Part shown: in pieces, positions 21,083-30,299 of the stretch | Numbering within the stretch: the first letter of the stretch is position 1 | Layout: every line of letters begins with the position of its first letter | Assembly: GCA_963702435.1 (NCBI GenBank) | Contig: CAVPCR010000004.1 | Span: 448,001 to 512,000 of the forward strand | Length of the DNA: 64,000 bases | Origin: Candidatus Eiseniibacteriota bacterium | GTDB lineage: Bacteria > Eisenbacteria > RBG-16-71-46 > CAVPCR01 | Reading direction: 5' to 3' | Notes under the pieces: model-generated | Told to the model about the DNA's origin: nothing | The model's input: only the letters and a program-made list of their open reading frames with translations | The model's database searches: none | Position numbers and translations under genes: made by a program

Positions 21083-24000
21083 ATGCCGCCGCGGGATCTG
21101 AGCCAGGCCGAGTTCGCGCTCGGCGGGGCGGAGTCCGATCCCGGGCCGCCTCCCTCCTGGATCACCGAGCCCGCGAACGAGGAGGCGATCGCGAGCGCGC
21201 TCGCCGAGCTCGATCCCGAGCAGCAGGCGGCGGTCACGCACGGCGAGGGGCCGCTCCTCATCGTCGCCGGCGCCGGCACCGGGAAGACGCGCGTCATCGC
21301 GCACCGCATCGCCTATCTCATCGCCGCCAGGAAGGCGGAGCCGTCCGAGATCCTCGCGCTCACCTTCACCGAGCGCGCCGCGGCGGAGATGGAGGCGCGG
21401 GTCGATCTCCTCGTCCCCTACGGTTACACGGACATGTGGATCTCGACCTTCCACGCCTTCGGCGACCGCATCTACCGCGAGTACGCGCTCGAGATGGGGC
21501 TCTCCGACGCGGCGGTCGTTCTGAACGAGGCGGAGCGGCTCGTCTTCTTCCGCGAGCGGCTCTTCCGCCTCCCGCTCCGGCGCCTCCTTCCGCTCGGGAA
21601 TCCGGTGCGCCACCTGGCGGCGCTGTTGCGCGTCGTCGCGCGCGCGAAGGACGAGGGCGTGACGCCCGAACGCTACGTCGAGCACGCGCGCGCCGAGCTT
21701 GCGGCGGCGGAGGCGACCGCCGGCGCGGTCGATGATCTCGATGCGCGCGCCCGCGTCGCCGCGGCGCGCCGCCAGCTCGAGATCGCCGAGACCTACCGGG
21801 TGATGGACGAGGAGCTGCACGCGGCGGATCGCATCGACTTCGGCGATCAGCTCCTCCTCGCGCTCCGCCTCCTCCGCGAGCAGGAGCACGTCCTCGCCCA
21901 GGTGCGCCGCCGCTTCCGCTACATCCTGGTCGACGAGTTCCAGGACACGAACGTGGTCCAGTTCGAGCTCCTGAAGCTCCTCGCCGGAGAGGCGGCCGAA
22001 CCTGACGGTGGTCGGGGATGACGATCAGTCGATCTACAAGTTCCGCGGCGCCGCGATCGGCAACATCCTCGGGTTCACCGCGGCCTATCCGGAGCGCGCG
22101 CGCGTCGTCCTCACCCGCTCGTATCGCTCCGGACAGACCATCCTCGATGCGGCCCACCGCCTGATCCAGCACAACAATCCCGATCGGCTCGAGGTGCAGG
22201 AGAAGATCGACAAGCGCTTGCGCTCGATGACGGCCGCGCCGGGCGCGATCGAGGAGCACCGCTTCGACATCCTTCCCGCCGAGGCCGACTACGTATGCGA
22301 GCGGATCCGCGCGCTCGTCGCCACGGGCGGCCGCGCCTACCGCGACATCGCGGTCCTCGTGCGCTCGAATCGCGACGCCGAGCCGTTCCTGACCGCGCTC
22401 CAGGCCGCCGGCATCCCGCATCAGTTCTCGGGCTCGCGCGGCCTCTTCCAGCGCGAGGAGGTGCGGACGGCGATCGCCTTCCTCCGTGCGGTGGCGCGGC
22501 CGGCCGAGTCGCAGAGCCTCTACGCGCTCGCCGCGTCGCCCGTGTACCGGGTGCCGATGGCCGACCTCGCGACCCTCGCCGATCTCGCCCGCGAGAAGCG
22601 GCGGCCGCTCCTGTGGGCGTTCCGGCGCGCGGCGGAGGCGGCGGCGGAGGCGGCGGCGGGGGCCGGCCCGGGAGCAGCGGAGATCGCCATCGAGGGCGCG
22701 GAGCCGCTCTCGGCGGCGGGGCTCATCGAGATCGCGCGCCTCACGGCCGATCTCGAGCGGGCCCGCGAGCGCTCGCGCTCGCTCACGACCGGGAGCCTCC
22801 TCTACGAGTTCCTGACCGACTCGGGCTACCTGGCCGAGCTGACGGCGGCCGAGACGCTCGAAGCGGAGGAGCGGATCCGGAACCTCTCCCGTTTCTTCAC
22901 CCAGATCACCCGCTACCAGGAGATCGCGGTCGCCGATCGCGTGCACGCCTTCGTCGATCACCTCGAGCTCCTGGTCGAGGCGGGGGAGGATCCACAGGCG
23001 GTCGAGCCCGATCCGGATCTCGACCAGGTGCGCATCCTCACCGTGCATCGGGCCAAGGGGCTCGAGTTCCCGGTGGTCTTCGTCGTGAACCTCGTCAGCC
23101 AGAAGTTTCCGACGCAGAAGCGGACCGACCCCCTCGAGCTGCCGGCGGCGCTCTACCAGGAGCCGATGGCGAGCGGCGATTACCACATGGCCGAGGAGCG
23201 GCGGCTCTTCTACGTGGCGCTGACGCGCGCCAGGGACCTCCTCGTCCTGACCAGCGCGGCGGATCACGGGGGCCAGAGGCTGCGGAAGACGAGCCAGTTC
23301 GTGCTCGAGGCGCTCGATCTGCCCGCTGCGGCCGCGCAGTCGACCGGAGCGGCGGCGGCGCTCGCCGCCTTCGGCCGGCACGCGGGAGCGCCGGCGCCGG
23401 CCACCGCGCCGCCGCGCGCCATCGGCCCGGACGAGGTGATCCGGCTCTCGTGGACACAGGTGGACGCCTACCGCGAGTGCCCGCTCCGCTACAAGTACGC
23501 CTATCTGCTCAAGGCGCCGGCGATCCCGCACCACAGCCAGAACTACGGGAAGGCGCTGCACGCCGCGATTGCCGAGCTCCTTCGCGGGAAGATGCGGGGG
23601 GTGGCGCTCTCCCTCGCGGAGGTTCTCGAGGTGTTCCGCAAGAACTGGCGGAGCGAGGGGTTCCTGAGCCGCGAACACGAGGAGCGGCGGCTCGCGGCCG
23701 GCATCCGCACGCTCGAGCGGTTCCACGAAGAGGAGACTGCCGCGCCGGCCATCCCCGCGCAGGTCGAGAAGCAGTTCTCGTTCCAGCTCGGGAAGGTGGA
23801 GGTGATCGGACGCTTCGACCGCGTGGATCTCGACCCCGAGGGGGCGACCGTCTTCGACTACAAGACGAGCGAGATCGAGGACGCCGCCGCCGCGGCGCGG
23901 CGGGCTGAGGGGAGCGACCAGCTCCGGCTCTATGCGCTCGCCTACCGGGCGCAGGCGGGCGTCCTGCCGCGGGCGCTCGAGCTCCGCTTCGTGGAGTCGG

Positions 24001-24167
24001 GTCTCCGCGGGCGGGTCGAGCCGGAGGATGCGGATGCGGATCGCGCCGCCGAGCTGGTGGCCGCCGCCGAGGCGGGGATCCGGGCCGGGGACTTCACGGC
24101 GCATCCGTCCCCGCACACCTGTGCGCTCTGCGCCTTCAACCGGATCTGCCCGCAGGCGGACCTGTAG
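21083..24167 (+). CDS. UvrD/PcrA-like SF1A helicase fused to a C-terminal PD-(D/E)XK nuclease with Fe-S cysteines; frameshift at ~21990
   Basis: AGAGTGKT, STFHAF, LVDEFQDTN, then a frame change to VVGDDDQSIY.FRGA, LTVHRAKGLEF, EERRLFYVALTRA; nuclease ECP...GRFDRVD..DYKT..QL.LY..C..C...CP. Confidence 0.9.
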
Positions 24168-24182
24168 CGAGAGGACGGTCGG

Positions 24183-25772
24183 ATGTCGCGGATCGTGCGC
24201 AATGCCTCGGCGGTCGGCGCCGCCTTCGCCACCAACACGGTCCTCTCGTTCCTGCAGATCAAGCTCCTCACGCGCTACCTGACCCAGAGCGCGCTTGGCG
24301 AGTACTCGGCGACCTATGCGATCGGGGCGATCGTCTCGGTCGTGGCGGCGCTCGGGCTGCCGACCGTCGTCCTCCGCTACACTGCCAAGTACGATGCGCT
24401 CGGCGCATTCGCGCGCATCCGCCGCCTGTTGACGCTCGCCTGGGGCCTCACGCTCGTCCTCGCAATCCTTCTCCTCATCGTCGTCGCCCGCCTCGCGCCG
24501 GTGGTCCTGCCCCGCCTCTACACCGCCCCGCCGGCGGCGGTGAACGTGGTGCTCGCCACCGCCGTCTTCGTCGCCATGGGGCTCCGCCAGATCACCTACT
24601 CGGGGTTCGACGGGCTCCGGCGGATGAGCTACCCGGCGGCGCTCGAGAACCTGAACGTCGGCGCCGTCACCATCGGGATCATCGTGTTCCGGGACCGGCT
24701 CACGGTGCCGCTCCTCCTCGGGATGAGCCTCGTCTCGGGCCTCGCCGTCTTCGCGTTCGCGACCGCGCTCCTCTGGCGCGTCCTCCCCGCGGCGGGCGCG
24801 CCGGCGGCGCGCGGCGCGGCCGGCACCGCGGCGCACGGCGCGCCGGGCCCCGCGGCGCCCCTCCCGCCGCTCCTCGCCGACATCACGCCCTTCTGGTGGG
24901 GCGCCGCCCTGAACGGGGTCATCGGCATCGGCTTCGGCTATGCCGACAAGCTCCTCGTGAGCCTCTTCCTCTCCTTCGCCCTGGTCTCGATCTTCTTCAT
25001 CGCCGAGCGCGTGACGTTTCTCCTGAAGCGCCTCCTCGCGGTGCCCCTCCAGGTCGCCGCCCCGGAGATCACGCGGCGCTGGGAGCTCGGCCGCCGCGAG
25101 GAGCTGCGGCACGACGTGGGGTTCCTCATCAAGGTCCAGCTCGCGGTGGCGATCCTCTTCGCCGCACTCGTCGCTGCGGCGGCCGAAGTCGCCGTGCTCG
25201 TCGTGTCCGACTCGTCCTTCCTGGCCGCGGCCGGGCTCTTGCGCGTGCTCACGGTCTCGGTCGTGTTGATGGCCGCCTACGCGCCGATCACGACCCTGCT
25301 CCGCGCGATCGACCGCATCGGGCTCGCCCTCGTCTCGGACGTGATCTGGCTCGGGTGCTATGTCGGGATCGGGATCGCGCTCATGCCCGGGCTCGGGCTC
25401 CGCGGGATAGTCCTCGCGCACCTCGCCGCCTCTGCGGTCACCACGGTGTGGAATGCGGTCGCCGGCGACCGCGCGGCACGGATCGCCTGGGACTGGGGCG
25501 GGCTCGGACGGGTGCTTGCGATCGGCCTCGTGGTCGGCGTTCCCGGCTACGCGGCGGCGCGGCTCATCGCACCGGCGCATCCCGCCGCCGAGATCGCGCT
25601 CGCCCTCGGCGTGCTCGTCGCCTACAACGTCCTGCTCCCGCTCGGCGGCGCGCTCACGGTGGCGGATCGCCGCCGCTTCGCCGAGCTCGCCGGCCAGGGG
25701 CGCGTCGCCCGCGCGATCGACGCACTCCTCTTCTGGCCGCTCCGCCTCCGCGACCGCGCTGCCGCGCGTTGA
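24183..25772 (+). CDS. Oligosaccharide flippase (Wzx/MOP family)
   Basis: More than 12 TM segments; LTRYL....GEY, LGLP..V.RY, DKLLV motifs. Confidence 0.8.
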   Translation: MSRIVRNASAVGAAFATNTVLSFLQIKLLTRYLTQSALGEYSATYAIGAIVSVVAALGLPTVVLRYTAKYDALGAFARIRRLLTLAWGLTLVLAILLLIVVARLAPVVLPRLYTAPPAAVNVVLATAVFVAMGLRQITYSGFDGLRRMSYPAALENLNVGAVTIGIIVFRDRLTVPLLLGMSLVSGLAVFAFATALLWRVLPAAGAPAARGAAGTAAHGAPGPAAPLPPLLADITPFWWGAALNGVIGIGFGYADKLLVSLFLSFALVSIFFIAERVTFLLKRLLAVPLQVAAPEITRRWELGRREELRHDVGFLIKVQLAVAILFAALVAAAAEVAVLVVSDSSFLAAAGLLRVLTVSVVLMAAYAPITTLLRAIDRIGLALVSDVIWLGCYVGIGIALMPGLGLRGIVLAHLAASAVTTVWNAVAGDRAARIAWDWGGLGRVLAIGLVVGVPGYAAARLIAPAHPAAEIALALGVLVAYNVLLPLGGALTVADRRRFAELAGQGRVARAIDALLFWPLRLRDRAAAR

Positions 25773-25806
25773 CCCTCCTCCCGCGCGCGTGCTAGCGTGC
25801 GCGCCG

Positions 25807-26550
25807 ATGACGGCCATGATCGAGGCGCGCGCACTCACCAAGATCTTCCCCGGCGGCAAGTCGGGCCCGGTGCGCGCCGTGGACGAGGTGTCCTTCGCGG
25901 CGGACGGCGGGCAGGTGTTCGGCCTCCTCGGACTGAACGGGGCGGGGAAGACAACCACTCTCCGCATGCTCGCGACCGTGCTCAAGCCGACGAGCGGCAC
26001 GGCGACGATCGCCGGCTACGACATCGCCACGGCCGGCGACCAGGTGCGCCAGCGCATGGGCTATCTGTCGGGCGACACCCGTCTCTACGACCGGCTGACC
26101 GTGCGCGAGGTGCTCATCTACTTCGGGCAGCTCGAGGGGCTCGCCGCCGGGGAGGCCGCGCGCAAGGCCGACATCCTGATCCAGCGCTTCGCCCTCGGCC
26201 CCTTCGCCGGACGCCGCGTGGGCCAGCTCTCGACCGGACTCAAGCAGCGGGTGAACCTGGCGCGCGCGCTCATCTACGACCCGCCGGTCCTCATTCTCGA
26301 CGAGCCGACCGCCGGGCTCGACGTGCTCGGCGCGCGCGAGGTCGGGGGACTGATCCGGGAAGTGCGGGACGAGGGGCGGTGCGTCCTCTTCTCGACCCAC
26401 GTCATGCACGAGGCGGCCCGCCTCTGCGACCGAGTCGCCATCATCCATCGCGGGCGGATCCTCGCCCAGGGCGCGCCCGCGGATCTCGCCGCCGGCCACG
26501 AGGACCTGGAGGAGGCCTTCGCCACCATGGTGGCCGAGGTGAACCACTGA
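25807..26550 (+). CDS. ABC transporter ATP-binding protein (NatA-like)
   Basis: [32 protein letters not shown]. Confidence 0.9.
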   Translation: MTAMIEARALTKIFPGGKSGPVRAVDEVSFAADGGQVFGLLGLNGAGKTTTLRMLATVLKPTSGTATIAGYDIATAGDQVRQRMGYLSGDTRLYDRLTVREVLIYFGQLEGLAAGEAARKADILIQRFALGPFAGRRVGQLSTGLKQRVNLARALIYDPPVLILDEPTAGLDVLGAREVGGLIREVRDEGRCVLFSTHVMHEAARLCDRVAIIHRGRILAQGAPADLAAGHEDLEEAFATMVAEVNH

Positions 26551-26695
26551 GTGACCGAGGTGAACCACTGACGGCGAGAGCTTAAGCCGCCGCGCGCCGC
26601 GCCGTGCTATCCTCGGCCGCGGCCCGCCTGAACCGCCGGGAAGCGTCGCCGCGTCTTCCCCGCCGCGTCTCCCTCGCGAGGAAGAGAACGACACC

Positions 26696-27877
26696 GTGCG
26701 CCGAACCTGGATCGTCGCCCGCAAGGAGCTCCTCGACACGCTCCGCGATTCGCGGACGCTTCTCCTCGCGTTCGTCCTGCCGCTCGTCCTCTATCCGATC
26801 GTCTTCATCACGATCGGCCAGGTCCAGCGCGCCAACGAGGCGCGCAGCAAGGAGACCACGCTCCGCGTCGGCATCGCCGGGGCGGAGCATGCGCCGCACC
26901 TCCCGGCCGTGTTCACCGAGCGCGGCAAGCTCGATGCTTTTCCCGTCGATCTCGGTCCCTCGGCGATCAAGAAGGGGTTCCTCGACGCGCTCATCGTCGT
27001 GCCGCCGGCCTACGAGCAGGCCGTGGTCGTGGGCGCTCCGGCGACCATCCGGATCTTCTACGATGAGACGAATGCGCCCTCGCGCCGCGCCAAGGTCCAG
27101 GTGGAGGCGGCTCTCGCCCGCTATCGCGAGGCGCTCCTGCGCGGGGAGCTCGACCGGCTCGGCGGGCAGGGCGGGGCCGTGGACGCCGCCAAGATCCGCG
27201 CCGAGAACGTGGCCTCGGCCCAGGAGATGGGCTCCTACATCCTGGGCTCGCTGGTGCCCTACCTGCTCGTGCTCCTCATCGCCTCGGCCGCCTCGCATAC
27301 CGCGATCGACACCACCGCCGGCGAGAAGGAGCGGAGCACGCTCGAGACCATCCTCGTGAGCGCGGCGACCCGCAGCGACCTCCTCCTCGGCAAGTTCATG
27401 GCCACCGCGGCCACCGCGGCAGCGGCCGGGGTGATGGGCTTGACCGGGCTCACGCTCACGCTCTCGCTCCCGCTCACCGCGCGGTCGATGGCCGAAGATC
27501 AGGTCATCATGCCCCTGTGGGCGATCGGCGTCCTCCTCGCCATGATCGTGCCGGTCGCCTTTCTCATGAGCGCGACGCTCATCGCCTTCGGCTGCTTCGC
27601 GCGGAGCGCGCGCGAGGGGCAGACCTTCGCCACCTACTTCATCATGTGCGTCGCCATCCTCGCCGTGCTCTCGGTGGCGAGCGAGGTCCAGCCGAAGCTC
27701 CAGATGTACCTCCTGCCGATCGTCGGCACGACCCAGGTGCAGCGGGAGATCCTGGCCGGACAGGCCGAGCCGTTGCACGTGCTCCTCGCCGTGGCCGGCA
27801 CCTTCCTCGTCGGATTGCTCGGTCTCGTCGTGGCCATGCGTCTCTTCGCCAACGAGCGGGTCATGTTCCGCCAATGA
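26696..27877 (+). CDS. ABC-2 type permease (NatB-like)
   Basis: RKELLDTLRD.RT and AIDTTAGEKERSTLETIL motifs. Confidence 0.9.
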   Translation: MRRTWIVARKELLDTLRDSRTLLLAFVLPLVLYPIVFITIGQVQRANEARSKETTLRVGIAGAEHAPHLPAVFTERGKLDAFPVDLGPSAIKKGFLDALIVVPPAYEQAVVVGAPATIRIFYDETNAPSRRAKVQVEAALARYREALLRGELDRLGGQGGAVDAAKIRAENVASAQEMGSYILGSLVPYLLVLLIASAASHTAIDTTAGEKERSTLETILVSAATRSDLLLGKFMATAATAAAAGVMGLTGLTLTLSLPLTARSMAEDQVIMPLWAIGVLLAMIVPVAFLMSATLIAFGCFARSAREGQTFATYFIMCVAILAVLSVASEVQPKLQMYLLPIVGTTQVQREILAGQAEPLHVLLAVAGTFLVGLLGLVVAMRLFANERVMFRQ

Positions 27878-28371
27878 GAGCGCGGCGTCCGACCGGGCAT
27901 AGATCACGTGGGGGGCGCTTCCGGACCTCGATCCTCCTCGCTGCGGCCGCCGCCCTGGGTATCGCCTGCAGCCCGGTGACCGAGATCTCGGCCCCGCTCA
28001 TCACGCTCGACGAGGTGGAGGTGCGGAGCTTCTCCGGCGGTATCGCCGACCTGAGCCTCGTCCTCACGCTCATCAATCAGAACAACTTCGAGATCACGCT
28101 CGTCGAGCTGGCCGGCTCGCTCTCTCTCGACGAGGAAGCGGTGGGCCCGGTCCGCTGGACGGGAGAGTTCGACTGCGCGAAGCAGGATACGACCGCCATG
28201 CGCGTCCCCGTGCGCCTCACCGTGGGCGCCGAGAGCGAGATCTTTCGAGCGCTGATCGATCGCCGCCCGCTCCGCGAGGCCGTGACGGGCGAGGTCACGA
28301 TCGCGCGCGGCGTCATCCGGCGTACGTACCCGGTCACCCTCACGCGCCGGCTCGGAGACGTGGGGAGGTGA
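27874..28371 (+). CDS. LEA type 2/WHy-domain lipoprotein
   Basis: Lipobox-like IAC, L.L.NQNNF.I motif; ATGA overlap with natB. Confidence 0.7.
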   Translation: MRARRPTGHRSRGGRFRTSILLAAAAALGIACSPVTEISAPLITLDEVEVRSFSGGIADLSLVLTLINQNNFEITLVELAGSLSLDEEAVGPVRWTGEFDCAKQDTTAMRVPVRLTVGAESEIFRALIDRRPLREAVTGEVTIARGVIRRTYPVTLTRRLGDVGR

Positions 28372-28377
28372 GCTGCC

Positions 28378-29571
28378 ATCTACGAGGTCAAGCAGGAGAG
28401 TAGCAAGCGCGAGCGCGCGCTCCTGGTCGGGGTCGCTGCCGGAGGGCTGCGCGGCGACTGGAAGGAGTCGCTCGAGGAGCTGGCGGCGCTCGCCGACACC
28501 GCCGGCGCTCGCGTGGTCGAATCGGTCGTCCAGCCGCACGGCCGCATGAATCCCGCCACCCTCGTCACCCGCGGCAAGGTCGACGAGATCAGGGCCAAGG
28601 CGGCCGGCGCCGGCGCCGACCTCATCGTCTTCGATCTCGACCTCACCCCCGCCCAGCTCCGGAATCTGGAACGGGCCACCGGGCGCAAGATCGTCGACCG
28701 CTCGGAGATCATCCTCGACATCTTCGCGGCCCGCGCCCGCACGCGTGAGGCGCGCATCCAGGTCGAGCTCGCGCAGCTCCAGTACATGCTGCCGCGGCTC
28801 ACCCGCATGTGGCATCACCTGTCGCGTCTCGGCGGCGGGATCGGCACCCGCGGCCCCGGCGAGACCCAGCTCGAGGTCGACCGCCGGCGCGTGCGCCAGA
28901 AGATCGCGCTCCTCAAGCAGAAGCTCGGTGACATCCAGAAGGAGCGCATGGTGCAACGCCGCCGCCGCCGGAAGGAGTTCCGCGCCGCGCTCGTCGGCTA
29001 CACGAACGCCGGGAAGTCGACTCTCTTCAACGTGCTGACCCGGGCCGACGTCTTCACCGAGAACCGGCTCTTCGCCACCCTCGACGCCACGACCCGCCAG
29101 CTCGTCCTGCCCGGACGGGAGCTCGTGCTCCTGTCCGACACGGTCGGCTTCATCCGCAACCTGCCCCATCATCTCATCGCCTCCTTCCGCGCCACGCTCG
29201 AGGAGGTGACCGATGCCGATCTCCTGGTCCACGTCGTGGATGCGACGAGCGCCTATGTCATGCAGCACATCGCCGCCGTGCACACGGTGCTCGATGACCT
29301 GGGCTGCATGGCCAAGCCGCGCCTCCTCGTCTTCAACAAGATCGACCTGATGCCCCCCGACGACATCCGCCTCCTCGGGCTCCGGGCCTCTCACCCGGCC
29401 TCGATCGCCCTCTCGAGCCACACGCGAGAGAACGTGAGCGGGCTCCTCGATCGACTCCGGCTCGCGCACGCCGAGCACGGGGCCGCCCGGCGCCCCGGCC
29501 GGGGGGCACCCGGGTGGCAGGAGCAGGAGGACGAGGGTGTCGGGCCGGCGCCAGAGCTGCCGGGATCGTGA
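28378..29571 (+). CDS. hflX: GTPase HflX (start probably ATC 28378)
   Basis: ERALLVGV, SLEEL.ALADTAG, ILDIFA.RA, GIGTRGPGETQLE.DRR, GYTNAGKST, DTVGFI, NKID. Confidence 0.95.
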   Translation: MYEVKQESSKRERALLVGVAAGGLRGDWKESLEELAALADTAGARVVESVVQPHGRMNPATLVTRGKVDEIRAKAAGAGADLIVFDLDLTPAQLRNLERATGRKIVDRSEIILDIFAARARTREARIQVELAQLQYMLPRLTRMWHHLSRLGGGIGTRGPGETQLEVDRRRVRQKIALLKQKLGDIQKERMVQRRRRRKEFRAALVGYTNAGKSTLFNVLTRADVFTENRLFATLDATTRQLVLPGRELVLLSDTVGFIRNLPHHLIASFRATLEEVTDADLLVHVVDATSAYVMQHIAAVHTVLDDLGCMAKPRLLVFNKIDLMPPDDIRLLGLRASHPASIALSSHTRENVSGLLDRLRLAHAEHGAARRPGRGAPGWQEQEDEGVGPAPELPGS

Positions 29572-29679
29572 TCGGGTCGATCGTTGGAGGGGTCGTGCCG
29601 GCCCGAGTGAAGTCCCTGTCCCGGCGCGACGGATCCGCTCACCGGGGGCAGTTTGTGGCGTCCGCATGCGCTTTTTCGC

Positions 29680-29708
29680 TTGTGAGCAGCGTCCGGCACT
29701 GCTACAGT
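29680..29708 (+). promoter_or_regulatory. Sigma-70-type promoter of candidate sRNA
   Basis: TTGTGA-17 nt-TACAGT with extended -10 TG. Confidence 0.55.
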
Positions 29709-29713
29709 CCGGG

Positions 29714-29842
29714 CAAGATGCTGTGATTGCGTGCTTTCCAGCGCGCCACGCACCAAGAGGTGTCTCGCGGACGTGCCCCGAACCAACAGTCCGCGACCAG
29801 AGGGCCTCCTTGCTCTTGCGAGCGGGAGGCCCTCACTTTTTT
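29714..29842 (+). ncRNA. Candidate ~130-nt structured small RNA
   Basis: Lies between a promoter and an intrinsic terminator; internal stems TGCGTG/CACGCA and TCGCGGAC/GTCCGCGA; no credible ORF. Confidence 0.45.
29800..29842 (+). terminator. Rho-independent terminator
   Basis: GAGGGCCTCC...GGAGGCCCTC stem followed by ACTTTTTT. Confidence 0.85.
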
Positions 29843-29927
29843 CCGAATGCCCCTTGGGGCGCCAGGGGTGGCGGCGGGCTCCTTCGCGGCGGCAACGGGC
29901 CGGCGGCCGGCCGGGCAGCGATCCCAG

Positions 29928-29956
29928 TTGACGAGGGGCGCCCTTCACGCTATCAT
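29928..29956 (+). promoter_or_regulatory. Sigma-70-type promoter upstream of the peptidase
   Basis: TTGACG-17 nt-TATCAT. Confidence 0.65.
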
Positions 29957-30299
29957 TGATCTGTTGGATCGCATGTTCCGACAATGGCTTGCGGTCCATC
30001 GCCCCCGGGCCAGGCCGATCGATACCGCCTCTCAGGCCGGTTCCTGCCGCACGTCTCGCTGTTCGACCCGATCTCGTGAAATCGCTGAAACCGCGTGCGG
30101 TGCGGTTGTGTCCGGGCGGCAAACGGCTTGACGTGACGATCCCGACACGGCGGGTTCGCGAGGGGAGCGGCGCGGCCCGGGGGCAGCTCGATCCGGCCGG
30201 CGCGCCGGCGAGGAACTCGCACGCTGCGCCATCGCGGCGCGTGTGGTGGGCAAGGATGAGCCCGCGGAAAGGCGCGGACTCGGAAAGAGGAGCGGGTCA

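Noticed and set aside
21366..26000. 1544-aa minus-strand ORF (also 30297..33623, 4907..7216, 49033..51321, 56243..57856)
   Set aside because: Antisense shadows of recognisable genes in very GC-rich DNA; Arg/Gly/Ala-rich with no motifs
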